Part shown: positions 24,408-37,303 of the stretch, in pieces
Layout: every line of letters starts with the position of its first letter
Numbering within the stretch: the stretch's first letter is position 1
Assembly: GCA_964252035.1 (NCBI GenBank)
Contig: OZ176201.1
From: Podarcis erhardii
Lineage: Eukaryota
DNA: 64,000 bases
Reading direction: 5' to 3' (one strand)
The notes under the pieces: model-generated
Databases searched by the model: none
What the model was told of the DNA's origin: nothing
The model's input: the letters and a program-made list of their open reading frames with translations, nothing else
Program-made: the position numbers and the translations under genes

Positions 24408-25369
24408 GTACGTTTCTTTCCCTCCCCAAATACTGTAATGGAGTGGATGGCTCCTGGTGACTGTTGGACATAAGTATTAAATCTTAAAGGTAAAGGCATG
24501 CATTACCAGGACAACAGCCTACCATACTTCTAAACTTGGAAAAAGTGTGATCAGATTACTTTATTCCCGTATTTAAGTCCATAATGAAGCTTCATTTCTA
24601 ATAAGGAAGAACTGACCGACAGTAAGCTTTTTGAGTTGGAACCATAGTCTGATCATAGTTTAAAATCTCAAAGCTGTAAACCCCTTCCTCATTGCTTCAA
24701 CAGATATTCAAGAGAGTAATCTAGAAGACCATAATAACATTTCAGGGAGTAATAAAACAATGAAAATTGTCTAGTTCAGAGGTGACACCTTCTAACAGAA
24801 GGTACTATTCTTTGACTTTATTTTTAGTACACTACTTTGCAACTTTCAGCACACTACTTTGTAACCCTGAAGACATCAACCATCAGACCATGCAGTATTA
24901 AGGGTTTCACATGTATTGACCCAACGTTGATCTATCAGAAATTTGCTCCAAAGTAATGTTTTTAGGGGCAACCTTGTGTCTGGCATGTGCTGTAATTTCA
25001 GCCAGTACAGAAGCAAGACACGGTGAACTGTGGACAGTATAGAAAATAACCTCAAATCTCACAATGACAATGGGAGTTCCATGTGGGAAGTTCAAGAGTG
25101 ATCTCAAAAACAAATTTTGGATGGTTTCCAGTTTGGCAGCATTTATTCAACCAAACACTTCTGCACCATAAAATGACTTATGAAGTAGTTCTTCACGTAT
25201 AAAGTAGCATTGCAGTGCTCCAGTGAGTTCTGGCTATGAGTGTGTCCCCTGTGTTTTTTTCATGCTAAGTCGTGCATCAAGCCATGCATAGTATGTGTCA
25301 TGGGTAAAAAAACAGGTTGTCAAAGCCAACTTTGAAGAATTGATTCTTGTTTGTTTGTTTGTTTTTTAG

Positions 25370-25424
25370 CGATTGCCAAGACAAATAGAAGAACGCAATG
25401 AGAAACTTAAGGAAGAGATGTTGG
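25370..25424 (+). CDS. TTC1: TTC1 coding exon 6 (55 nt)
   Basis: ttttag|CGA...TTGG|gtaagt; RLPRQIEERNEKLKEEML. Confidence 0.95.
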
Positions 25425-26303
25425 GTAAGTGGCACTGGCTTGCTTGTGTGGTTGCTTCCATCCATTGGTATAAAACATGAATTTCTTACACAGCCATCCC
25501 TGCACAAATTGATGACTTCTCTTACTACTATAGGACAGACTTACCCCTGAAATCTCTGGGTTTCAGAGATCCTCATTTTTCACAAAACTAATGCCCCATC
25601 TCAGACCATCCCAGCTCCACAAACATCAAAGCTTATTGAATGTTACGTTAAATTGCCGATTTGAAGCTGTTGTTGAAAACGGGCAATCAGATACATTTGT
25701 TCTGATCTAGACATCTATGGGTGTTGTAGTAAGTGTGGATCATCTTTTTACCACCCCCCACCCCCATGATTTTTGGGGTGGGAGTGTCTGCACTGGGCCT
25801 TCTTGAGCCCAACAGGGGAAGCAGTGGCAGCTGCTCATGAATGTTGCGGTAGGTATGCAGGTTGTGAGTAATGGGTGTGTGTGGGAGACACATTCTGAGA
25901 GGCTAACTCCCAGTAGATTCATATTAGAGAGGACCCCTCTGGATTGCACAGTGACCAGCATCCAGAATCAGAGAAACAGTTGACAGGTTCATTTCTGCCA
26001 GACACTCGTAGCTGAGCAGGATACTGAGTGCAGAATCTCCCTTCCCTCTTGTGCTGGTGAGAAGAAAGGGCAGTCAGTGAAGAATACCTGCCCCCAGGAG
26101 TCTGACCTGTTTGGTCATGTGGTTCTGGTCACCATCTCCTTTTTAGTAAGATGCTGTGCCTCAACACCAGTGTTTACACACCATGCTGCATGCTCAGTTT
26201 GAAATTATGTGGATTTATAATCTAAAATTCTGATCAGAGGCAGTAGGGTGTAGATAATAATGCTTATTAGAATGAAAGGCAAAGCAAACAGAAATAGGAA
26301 TTA

Positions 26304-26639
26304 CAGTGGTGCCTCGCAAGACGAAAAGAATCCGTTCCACGATTCTCTTCGTCTAGCGGTTTTTTCGTCTTGCAAAGCAAGCCCATTGACGGCTTAGCGG
26401 ATTAGTGCTATTAGCGGCTTTTAGCAGCTTAGCGGCTTAGCGGATCAGCTGATAAGCGGCTTAGCGGCTTAGAAAAAGGGGGGGGGAGGAAAAAAAAGTC
26501 GGAAAAACTCGCAAGACATTTCGTCTTGCGAAGCAAGCCCATAGGGAAATTCGTTTTGCGAAGCGCCTCCAAAACGGAAAACCCTTTTGTCTAGTGGGTT
26601 TTCCGTCTTGTGAGGCGTTCGTCTTGCGGGGCACCACTG
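26304..26639. mobile_element. Tc1/mariner (Tigger/pogo-like) MITE
   Basis: 22-bp TIRs CAGTGGTGCCTCGCAAGACGAA / CAGTGGTGCCCCGCAAGACGAA, TA on both sides, internal gcttagcgg repeats. Confidence 0.9.
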
Positions 26640-27465
26640 TAGTCTGTCCTACATTTCAACTGCCGAAGCTAACATTTGCTTCACTGTCTGTAGCACAGCA
26701 GTTGAAAGGCAGCAAGTTTCTGAACATAATATTGAACCCCAAAATGCCATACAACTACTCTTTCAGTTTTAGCAGTAAAGCTGGCATTTGAATATGACAG
26801 AAGGAAAATGTTTTGTGCTGCTTCTTCAAAAGTTGCATCTACAAGAGCTGTTCATTCGAACCAGTTCTTAAGCCTCTGGTCCTGGGCCAGTGTGTTTAGT
26901 TTATACAAACTTTTATGTGCCTTCTTATCTCTTACCCATGTGTTTTGTTTCACGTTGATAGTTCATGGTCTTCAGGCAGGCTTTATTTAGGTTTTGGGTT
27001 TTTATTACTTGCTCTGTAACTTCTGCCTAAGAACCATTTGGTTTCAGCACTTTTTGGGGGGTTACTACAACTTCTTAGCAAGTTTGAAAGTTACTTTATT
27101 AGCTATAAGGAAAACACTGTTCTCAAAAATTAATTACTTTTGGAGACAAAATGATCATACATGCACACTGGATAAGCTTTGAATAGGCACAGTGCTTAAC
27201 ACTAATGTAGGTAACTTGTGACAGAGGACTAAACAAGGTTTCAAGCATGTGGAGCCCATCTTTCCAAATGACAGACCATCTACTGTTGCTTAAGTGTCAT
27301 GAGGCAGGTGCTGTACAGAACATAATCGCTCCTGTGTTAGCACTCTTGAACAATGGAATGCTTGCAGCCAATTCATTGTGGAGTGTTCAAGCAGCAAGGA
27401 ACATTGCTTCATTACTGACCTTGTACATGTTGGGAAGTACATTTCTTTTTGTGTGTGTATTGCAG

Positions 27466-27602
27466 GCAAACTGAAAGATCTTGGCAACTTGGTTCTGCGC
27501 CCTTTTGGCCTATCAACAGAGAACTTCCAGGTGAAACAGGATTCCTCAACTGGCTCGTACTCTATCAACTTTGTTCAAAATCCAAATAACAACAACCGAT
27601 AA
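27466..27602 (+). CDS. TTC1: TTC1 final coding exon
   Basis: ttgcag|GC; (G)[44 protein letters not shown], the conserved TTC1 C-terminus. All exon phases join, giving an 867-nt CDS. Confidence 0.97.
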
Positions 27603-28017
27603 CATAAGCCCAACCCACTCCTGGTAAAAAGTGTGGCATTGGAATTGTGGCGTTTCATTGAATGCAGAAAGAGGGTGAATTAAAACTTTTAAGGCCTAAC
27701 ATCTTTATCTAAATATGAAGATTTGAACATAGTCTCATGCATTTCTCTTCTATAAGGTACTTTTTACAGGTGTGGGTGAATAGAGTGAAGTGGTCTGACT
27801 TCCGCTGCCATCTTAGATGCACTTTATTTGGGCACTCTTTATCCTCCCTTGTGATGAAGGGGGAGGAGTCTTTGGCTTTGCTAAATAGAAGAATCCAGTG
27901 TTCCCATACCTGTAACTAAAGTACAACCATTTTGTGTGTTCATGGAGTTTGCAGCCTGTGTGCGTGAATGAGAGGGCTGATCCCTTTTTATTCAGAGAGG
28001 ACACTTTTGCTAAGTGT

Positions 28018-28023
28018 AATAAA
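28018..28023 (+). terminator. TTC1: Probable TTC1 polyadenylation signal
   Basis: First AATAAA ~415 nt after the stop, followed by GT-rich gatggtattgtggtct. Confidence 0.65.
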
Positions 28024-28840
28024 GCATTGATGGTATTGTGGTCTGCATTCTGTTGCCTTCTTATTCAAAGGAACATATGAATGCTTTTCCTATAAATGTA
28101 GCATACTGTATAAAATAGCCTGGGTGTAATTGCAGCTATCAAAAGCTGCAATTGTGTTGGTGTTTATCTCTGTAAATGAACCAAGGACTTGATAATTCTA
28201 TCCATTTAGTGCTTGGGGTTTTTTGTTTGTTTGTTTGTTTTTGGAGGGGGCAGTGACAGAGGCAGTTGGCAAACTATAACAACCTGTGGCAATATCAATA
28301 CAAAAAACGCTGGCACAAGTTCTTGACTGTGCATCTGCTGTACTTACAATACCATTTTCTACAGCTTGTTCGTATCCCAGCACCACTTTGAGATAATCAT
28401 GTCCGAGCTCCTAAGGCAGGCAAAGAAGCTCTATACTTAATTCTCCATAACATAAACAACAGTTCAGCTGTTGGCAGTATTACAGCTGCTAATGAAGTAG
28501 CAGATTTGCAAACCTGGTACAGAATGAGCCTGCTGCAAGGGGGAGGAAGAAACCTTGTAGCCTATTCGGTTGGAAATATCCTGCAGCACAAGTGTGTGTT
28601 CTGTTTTTATTTCAGAATGTTCCACCCACCTTTCACAAGAGTTTTCAAGGTAGTTAACTAAACATATTAAAAATCTATATTCAAAATAAAGCAAGCAGAT
28701 ACAAACACCATGATAATTTAAAAAACACTTACAAATTCTTCATTTAGTGCTGAAAAGTTAGCGCTGGCTGTAGAGGAACATTCCAGAAGCAGGGGACACC
28801 AAAATGAAGGCCGAGTCCTTTGTACTAGCAACAGAAACAT

Positions 28841-28904
28841 TGTAATCACACATAGGATTGCAGTGTTAGCTGTTTATCAACCTGCAATCCTATGTGTGAT
28901 TACA
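28841..28904. repeat. Perfect 23-bp inverted repeat with an 18-nt loop
   Basis: TGTAATCACACATAGGATTGCAG (28841-28863) is the exact reverse complement of 28882-28904. Confidence 0.95.
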
Positions 28905-29051
28905 CAGAAGGCATAGTTATGTCCAGGTATGTCTAGGATTGCAGCTTGAGTATATTAATTAGCCTTTTACTGTCAAATAAGCAACCAGAGGAAGAGGCAG
29001 AAACCGACTGCTTGTTTATCTTTTTTAAAAGTGCAGGAAAAAAATCAAGGC

Positions 29052-29057
29052 TTTATT
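29052..29057 (-). terminator. PWWP2A: Probable polyadenylation signal of the short PWWP2A isoform
   Basis: - strand AATAAA with TGTA upstream and a T-rich tract downstream, 2.3 kb after the AQRH stop. Other - strand AATAAA hexamers lie in between. Confidence 0.5.
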
Positions 29058-31365
29058 GAATAGATGGTACACAACATTCTTGAACAGTTAATTTCAAGTG
29101 ACCCTTAAAAGTTGAATCGTTTTTCCTCATTCAAGTCTACCAAATGAAGGAGGCGTAGTGACATAGCAAACAGACAAAAAAGGTAACATGGAGCAAAGCT
29201 TAAATATTAAGCAACTAAAGCAAAAGGGTGAAAAGCAATACATTACTTCTACAACTACAATTTTTCCCTGACAGTCATTTCAAAGTGAAAAACAAGGTGG
29301 CTGTAGTTTCTCAATTCTTCATGAGTAAGTACCAACTAGCCATTTTGTCCATTTTCCAACCTGGCTGTCTTTATTTTGCCCATAAACCTGTAGTTCTACC
29401 ACTTCGTACAGTGTTATGGATGTAAATGGGCAGCGGTTGTGCTCTTGAAGGAGAAGGAATAGGAGCACAGGCTAAAAGTAAGATGTCTCTGCAGGCACTA
29501 CTGGCTCCACCCATCATCAATCCAGATATGTACCCTTATTTGTACAGCCAACACCATTTTCCTGAGTCAAAACTATCATTTTGTGCCATGGTTACCTCCT
29601 AAGGTATGTGCACCTTCTCCAGTGAAGTCACCCAACCCTGCTTTTAAATAAAAAGGATGCTTATTTTTGTCTAACTACACTGCACTGACTCGCTGCAGTA
29701 CCTTTTTACCTTGCCCAAATAAGCTTCTAATCTTGCTGGAAAATTGTAGAGTATACTTTATTTCTCTTTTGCTTTGACTATTGTAGAAAGACTACTGCAA
29801 AGCAATTTCTTGTTGTCCTTTAAACATCCTCTCTAATTTCTTAAGAAAACTGGTACAGTTGAACCTCTTAAAAAGGTGCTATGAACTGTTTTTATAAATA
29901 AAAATTTAAATGTTTTCACAGACATTTTTAGTAAATATTTAATATAGAATTGCATTGTAATATACTAACTCATACATCTTTCCCATGTTTAGAATGCTAT
30001 TTAAAAATATAAATCTGTCAAAGCCAAGGGAAAATCTTGTATAATTACAACATGCATGGAAATTATGAAGCCAAGACTTCAGCTTGTATTTGCTGGTATG
30101 GGTAACTTTGGAAAAGAGAGATATTTTGTTAATTTGTAGATGGTTACCTTAATGCCATACAAGACTTAACTCTTGTGTAGATGGCATTGTCATAGTTTAA
30201 AAAGAACTTGATATTTGTACTTCATCAGATTGTGCATTCATTTTGACTTGTGTTTATTAACCCATCAACCTTCCTGGGGAATCCTGATCTGCTGTTAATA
30301 AACTAAATGCAAGTTAAGGTTTTATACCTGGGTAATATGAAAAGCAGATTTTAATAGTGAGTGCAATCCTGTGGAAAACTAGGTTGAATTCCATTGAAAT
30401 GTGGAACAATCTGGCAGTTAAATACTCAAGTCCTGCAGATAAGAGTTAAGACTTGTTTTATTGGAGAGGGCTTGTAAACCAACTAACTTTAGAAATGCTA
30501 AAACCCCAATCTAACAGCGGGCTGTTATGAATAAGTTAGTCACAACCAAGTCAGGACTAATTTAATGTGCAATATGTTCCTTCATTAGAAAGGAAACATG
30601 ACTTTGGATACCAGTTACTACCCTATCTTAGCTGTAGCTGTCCTTTAGGGTGACTACTGCTAGAGAATCACAAGCACACAGACATTTGTGTATTGTCAGT
30701 GATTCCTGCATTTTATAGAATGATCTTCGTGGCCATCAAAGAAACATTTCCCACAACAGCAAAGATTTGCCATAATTATTCAAGAATTACATGGAGTTCA
30801 CTGTCGCTGCCCTTACCACCATCTCTAGGGGAAACCTTTGCCTCCAAACAGGACTGTCAGTACTTAACACCACAGCTGAATGTGGACGTGCTTCCAGAAA
30901 TAGGTTACAGCTCTGCTAACACCTGCACCAAATACTAAAGTTTGTTAAGATGTGAAATAACACACAGTAAGAACAAAAGTAAATGTTCAGAAGTTTACAG
31001 CCAACTTTCCAGAGGTCTTGACTCCACTGCTAGGGCCTATTCAGACTATCACATTTGAAGAGTAAGAGTACACTTTGTGATTCTTCATACTAGTAATTCA
31101 AGTGGTTCCTTGCAAGTTCATCTTGAACAGGCTCCTTGGCTCATGCCTTAGTTATTGCAAAAAAAGTTTATAAAATATTTCTAACACTTCAAATTCCAAA
31201 ATAAATTTACAGTAAGTACAGATGCCCTGGAAAAGGGGTGTGGTGGTTTTTGTAAAAAGTTCTCTCCCAGTATACACTGCAATCTAGATTTCAGTTGTAT
31301 ATCATGCCTGGCCAGCTGACCTTCTTCATGGCAGTGTAGGGAGGTTCCATAAATACAGCAGGCGA

Positions 31366-31379
31366 TTAATGTCTCTGTG
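31366..31379 (-). CDS. PWWP2A: PWWP2A alternative terminal exon, coding part (A-Q-R-H-stop)
   Basis: Branch-like CTAAC, then TTTTCCCTCTCCTTTTCAG|CA CAG AGA CAT TAA; phase-compatible with the internal donor at 41903. I recall human short isoforms ending AQRH. Confidence 0.8.
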
Positions 31380-32699
31380 CTGAAAAGGAGAGGGAAAACA
31401 TTCTGAGTTAGCAGTGAATGCATAATTGCCCTTAAAAGACTTTAGAACAGTTAATATGTGGGTTTTTTTTTTTTAATCAGACATAATTTTTAATGGGGAA
31501 AATAAATAGTTGAGGAGAAAGTCTTAGCAAGCCCATACAGATAAATGTGATGGTTAACACGCAGCAAGCCCGAAACAGTATATCAATTATTTTCAACATC
31601 ATCCTTCCAAGAACCTTGTAATGTTGGTTACTATTATCCCTATAATGCATACTAGGGTCTGCCTTATCCAAGACCACCTTGTGAATTCATGGCACATCTG
31701 ACTTCCTCATGTATACACAACAGTCTCTTAACCATATGCTACACCAGCTGATGTTTGTCAGGTTTATTACTGCCACAGTTTAAAAGTATACCCAAATGCT
31801 GCCTACTCCAACTCTCTCTACCTAAAGGCCACAAGTAGTGAGTAGAGCTAACATCTTCAAATGACACAAGCAGGAGGTAGGGGAAAGGAAGACAAAGGGT
31901 TGCATTCATTCATCTCAGTGGGTGTTCTCTGCATAGGACTCGTGTCTATCGAGTTCAGTGGGTCTACTGTACATATAGCTTAGCTTTAGCTGGATACAAC
32001 TCAATGACTTGAAAATACAGTGCTTTTGGAGAATTTTGCTCCAGGCAGGGCAGAGGACAAAATGCTGGTGGGGTGGACAAGGATAGAAGCTAACATTAAA
32101 TGGACAGCAGCATTTGCTTACTCAGCAGAGGCCTCTTCTACTAACCCATCTCTATGGGAAGGATCAGACGTTAGCACAAGACAGGTAAGCACAATCATGT
32201 TATATAGGGACACCCCCAACCAATCATTTCTAACAGCAGAGAAAGCAGGGCTAGGGCAACACGGATGGGAGAAAATGTTGGCCACTGCCCATGAACCAAA
32301 CTGGGTTGGGTCCCATGGGGAGCTTGTGTGATGGAAAGGCATTTCCATTTCCCCTGTATTTGAGACTTGCACTTTCTGTTACATGCACATACTCTCCATC
32401 TCCCATCCTTCTATCACTCAGGAACAGATTTTTGAGGATTTGTGGAGAAAGGAGCTGGGAAGCTCTGCTGCTTGAGCAGAACTCCCATTTGTGAGTCTTG
32501 GGACCAAATCCAGTATTCCCAGTATCAAACTGCTCAAATGAAGAGCTCAGAAAAGAGGAAAGCTACTGCAGACCACAAACGTGCTAGGAAAACACCATCT
32601 CTAACAGACTTACATTTTTAATTACTTGCGCCAGAAACTGCTTGGAATGTTTCCATGTTGTCCCTATAACACTATCGCTCCTGAGGTGTCCCCTTCTAA

Positions 32700-32876
32700 G
32701 TCTTGGAACAGGGCTATTAGTAGCCCTTCGCTCTTTTAAAATGTGTTGGGACGGGTTATTGGGTTGTTGTTTTCATTTTGATAATGTATTTTGTGGTTTT
32801 ATATTCTGATTTTGTTCTGTGAACCACCCTTAGATCTGCAAGTATATGATGGTATAATAATAATAATAATAATAAT
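32700..32876 (+). mobile_element. L2-like LINE 3' end with (ATA)n tail
   Basis: T-rich 3' UTR, ttctgtgaaccaccct motif, then (taa)n tail. Confidence 0.6.
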
Positions 32877-35007
32877 TCTAGAAAAACCACGGAGACCTGT
32901 GCCTTGGACTTGTGCAACATAAAGAGAAGATTCCCATAACACGCTGCATTCAGTGAGCCACAGCTAATGAGCTACCAAGCTACAACACCACTATCAGCCA
33001 AGGAAGGGTGGGCTGGAAACAAACAACTGAAAGGCAGGTTCCTGAGAATCTTATCTTGGGGGGGACAATGGGCATGAGCACTCCATGCAGGGAACTGTCA
33101 AGAGCAAAGACAGTATATTCTAGGGATCCTTCAGCAGCTGTTATCACTGCATGCATGCCACCACCATGCTGCTCAATGTGGGAAAAACAACTATGTTTAC
33201 TTTGCTCCCCATTAGCCACAGACTCAAGGACTCCTATACTTTTTATGCACTCTGTCTTGCCCCCTGCAAAAGGAGGTCAGGCTCAGGGATCAGGTGTGGA
33301 ACCAAGAGTAGAGCTCCGAATGACATGAAGTATCACAAATTCAGGCAGAGGTTCTTCGTACCTTCTGGAAGCACCACAGCTCCAAGGGACTGAAGCCATG
33401 AAAATGAGGAAAACCTAGGCTGCAAACACAGAGGGTGTTAGAAGACCAGCCCATAAGACAATATACCTAAGAATCCAGCAAGATACCCTCCACAGCAAAT
33501 AGTGGTGAAATGACAGGATGCTGATGAGCAATGAGTAGATGGCTCGGGGCCTCCAATCACAATTTTTAGTACCCACCTTTGGGGTTTCTTGTACTGATAC
33601 TATCTACCATTCGATTCATGGATACCAACACCATCTTTTAAGGAGCTCAGTTGTGACTGACTGAAAGGAATCCCATTTGACAGTTTAAATTTCCCAGCCT
33701 CAAACTATAGTTCACCCATGAAGCTCCCAAACTGGGAATATTTTCAAAAGGCAGCAGGAGCTAAAACTTTCTTGTTCTTGTGTATGTTTAACAGCATACA
33801 GGTCTACTCATAAGTATATTCCACTGAATTCAATGGGGCTTGTTCTGAGGAAAGTGGGTACAGGACTGCTGCCTTAGTTTAAGAAGTTACACGGAACATA
33901 TTTATAATCCTGTCAGCAAACTTCCCTTACAAGAAACAAATGTACAACCAATTACTCACTTCCCCTACTTGGGATTTTCTTGTTCACGATACAAAACAGA
34001 CCCACGGATATCCAAAAAGCAACAGGAAAACATCAAGAATATCAGCTAACAGTCCTTTGGTAAGAAACAGAGCTAACATGATCCAACTCAGTGACTGGAT
34101 CTTTAGACATTTTTATTTGGCGAAAAGTAACAAGAAAGATGTCAGAAGATCCAGTTCGTGAAGATAGAAAAAACATAGCTTAATTATAATGCCTGGCACA
34201 GCCCAGCAAATGCTAGTCACAACTAAATCTTACTGAAATCTTTGTGGCATTAACTGTAATTAATTGTTTTCCATAGGATTGTTCCATAGGATTGTTTTCT
34301 GTGCAACATATTTCTGCTGAATTATACCCATTATCCAATAAGTGACAGCTGTTTCAGCAGATCAAGGGCAAGTGAGAATGGTTTCTCTTGAACAGCAGCT
34401 CCCTGTCATCCCATGTTGCATGGCCAAACAGCATTTCAACTTACCTTTCAGAGCAATTTAATATGGCATGGGAAGCTACTGTCGAACAATGAAAGCTGAA
34501 AATCCCACTGGGCATGTGCTCTTGAAAATCCTACCAGGTAGCTCTTTGAATCCTAGCAATTTATTGACCACTTATTTCACCATTTGTTTATCACTTCCTC
34601 TAATAGCCAACTCATGTGATGAGTGCTGACAGAGCTGCAGCCAAAACAGAACCACTGACAAATGAGGAGGTATTGATTGACGTGCTTGAGGGAAATGCCA
34701 AGGTTTCCAAAAGTACAGAAAATCTTTTAAACGCACACATGGTGTAAAAACAAACAACATAATGAGGTTTGAGCATGCTCAGTAGCCAAGGAATGTTAAG
34801 TGTCAGCTGGAAAAGAAAAATGGAAAACTAGAGGAAGGGTGTGGACATGTGGGAATTAATAAAAGAATCCACAGGCCAAAAGCATATCAAAGTCACCAAA
34901 ACTTGAGTTCCATAACGAAAAGGGAAGGATGAACCAAATGGAATCCATTAGGTTTGTAATTATCTGATAATACAAAGTTGATGGGTTTGAGAAAATAAGC
35001 TGCAGAA

Positions 35008-35132
35008 CAGAGATGGGGAACCTGTGGCCCTCCAACGGTTGTGGTCCTCTCAACTCACATCAGCTCTGGTCAGCATAACCTATGGTCAATGGGAGTCCTG
35101 CAGCACTGGGAAGGCTATGTTTCCTATCCCTG
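35008..35132. mobile_element. Degraded palindromic hAT MITE
   Basis: CAGAGATGGGGAAC...TTTCCTATCCCTG termini; flanks CTGCAGAA/CTGCAAAG. Confidence 0.7.
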
Positions 35133-36018
35133 CTGCAAAGTGAGGCTAGCTTTCACCCTGCATAGCTAGCTATACATTGAGGATGCCTAGAAGGACACGC
35201 AGGCAACATACTTACAACTACTTTCTTATAAACGTTTGTATTGAAAGCAGCTATGAAAATATATGTAAATCTCTGGTGCTTTCTTCTTTTGAACAGTGGT
35301 TTTTATCTATTTTTTGAAAATACATTTTAAAGTATTTTTAATACTTTTATTAATTTCTTTTAAAGCTACAAATTTAAATCTTAAAATATATTTATTACAA
35401 TTGCTTTCCATGTTACTCTTTTCACTGCTGTACACAATACCCTTGATTATAAAAGGAAACGTTTTTCAAGCACCATGAAACTTGAAAACCAAAAATCACA
35501 TAGGGAAAAGATATTTGATTTTAATTTTTCTAACTAGTGTTGCAAGTCTAGTCCTCATTATTGTTCGATTTGACGGACATTGTCTTTTTCATCATCTCTG
35601 TAATCTCCACGTATAAAGTTATAAACTGAAACCAAGCAAAATGGATGTTTTCATATTATACAGTGCCTGCTTTGCAATTCAGTAAATGTATCACCTGAAG
35701 AGTCTTTGTGAGCAAATAAGCCATATCAATTCTGATACGGTAATATTTAACTACACTGAATAAAAGCTGAGGTATGAACCAGCCCATGAAATCAATATGC
35801 AAGACGTGAACACTAGCGAAATATACTATCAGCATCTATCTTTGGAATTTGCTTACCATGGACTAGTGGTGGATGGGATGTATGGGCAGAGAATGATGTA
35901 TTCTTCAAGACCCCTGAGGGATGCAGTGCTCTGTGCAACAAACACACATTTCAACCTCCTGCAGGATCCCTCTATGTGCTGGACAGAGCACCCAGTCTCA
36001 AGGATGGAGATTAGGGGG

Positions 36019-36447
36019 AAGTTTGTAGGTGACATCAAACTGGGAGGAGTAGCCAGTGCCACTGATGACAGAATTGGGATTCAAGATGACCTAAACAGAT
36101 TGCAGAGCTGAGCCAAAGCTAATAAAATGAATTTCAATAGGGACAAATGTAAGGTTCTACACTTAGGCTAGAAGAACCACCTGAACAAATAGAAGATGGG
36201 GAATACCTGGATTGCCAGTAGTACATGTAGAAAAGGATCTAGGGATCTTAGTAGTGCATAAGATGCAAAAGAAAGAAAGAAGCTTATGCTATTGTAGGCT
36301 GTCACCAGGAGTGAAGTGTACCAATCAGGGAAGTTATAGTGCCACCCTATTCTGCCTTGGCCAGACCAGACCATACCTGGAGTACTGTGTCCAGTTCTGG
36401 GCACCACAATTTAAGGATATTGACAAGCTGAAAAGTGTGCAGGAGGG
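36019..36447 (+). mobile_element. Decayed CR1 LINE ORF2 (reverse transcriptase C-terminal) fragment
   Basis: Translates across stops and frameshifts to KFVGDIKLGG (cf. KFADDTKLGG), IQDDLNRL, MNFNRDKCKVLHLG, EKDLG, RPYLEYCVQFWAP. Confidence 0.88.
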
Positions 36448-37209
36448 CCAAGGACCCTTCTGGTACAAGAGAGGAAGAGTCCTGTTGTGAGGTTAGATTC
36501 TGCCCTAAGTCACCAGTGGAGGAACATGTGTGAATTCAGCTCAAACAGCTGCAGCAACCCTTCCTGTGCTACATACGGTAAATATTTTTTGCCTAGTGAC
36601 TTCTTGCCCACCTGCCTGTAGCCTAGCCTTCCTCAACCTGCTACCTCCCCCCCAAGATGTTTTGGACTACAACTCCCATTAGCCCCAGCCAGCACAGCCA
36701 AGGCTTATGTAGATTATTTTGCAATGCAGAACATTCTTTTCACTGCCTTATGAGCTTGGAAGTAGCAAAGATTTCTCACTTCCTTGAAACTATGATATAT
36801 CATTTAAAGTACTGCCCATCTCTCTCAAATACATGCACCTGGCTCATTACCATACTGCAGGGGGACTTGTCTCAGAACAGAGTAACGCATACTAGAAGGA
36901 TGATAAAACAACATGCTACTTGATCCTTGTTAAAATGTTTCTGTGGGCAGATTCACTGGATGCAGTCCACTGGGGCATGTACCTATGTTCCATGTATGCA
37001 TCTCATTTTAACTGTTCATTTCCTGTGCTGGTCATTTCCTGTGCTGGTCATGCAGAAAGAATCATTTACTTAGACCTTAGCACATGCTACTAATAGTGCT
37101 AGATCTGAATAGTGCTAAGATGTGCTGCAGCAACACAATACAACATAGATAAGACTGAAAAAGGTGTCAGCAATTAAGACTAACATTTCATTATAGCAAA
37201 AGCCTTTGT

Positions 37210-37303
37210 GAACTTGGAACTTTTGCCCAGGAAAGCTTTTGACATAATGCATTTGTAGCACCTTCAAGACTGCTGTTTTTGCAACGACAGACTAACACTG
37301 CAC
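37210..37303. mobile_element. Possible Penelope-like remnant
   Basis: aaagcttttgacataat...caagactgctgttttt...cagactaacac resembles squamate Penelope-like ends; resemblance only. Confidence 0.4.

Noticed and set aside
26395-26470. Short repeated gcttagcgg units resembling an array
   Set aside because: Internal tandem repeats of a Tc1/mariner MITE with no unique spacers; not CRISPR-like, and the DNA is eukaryotic.
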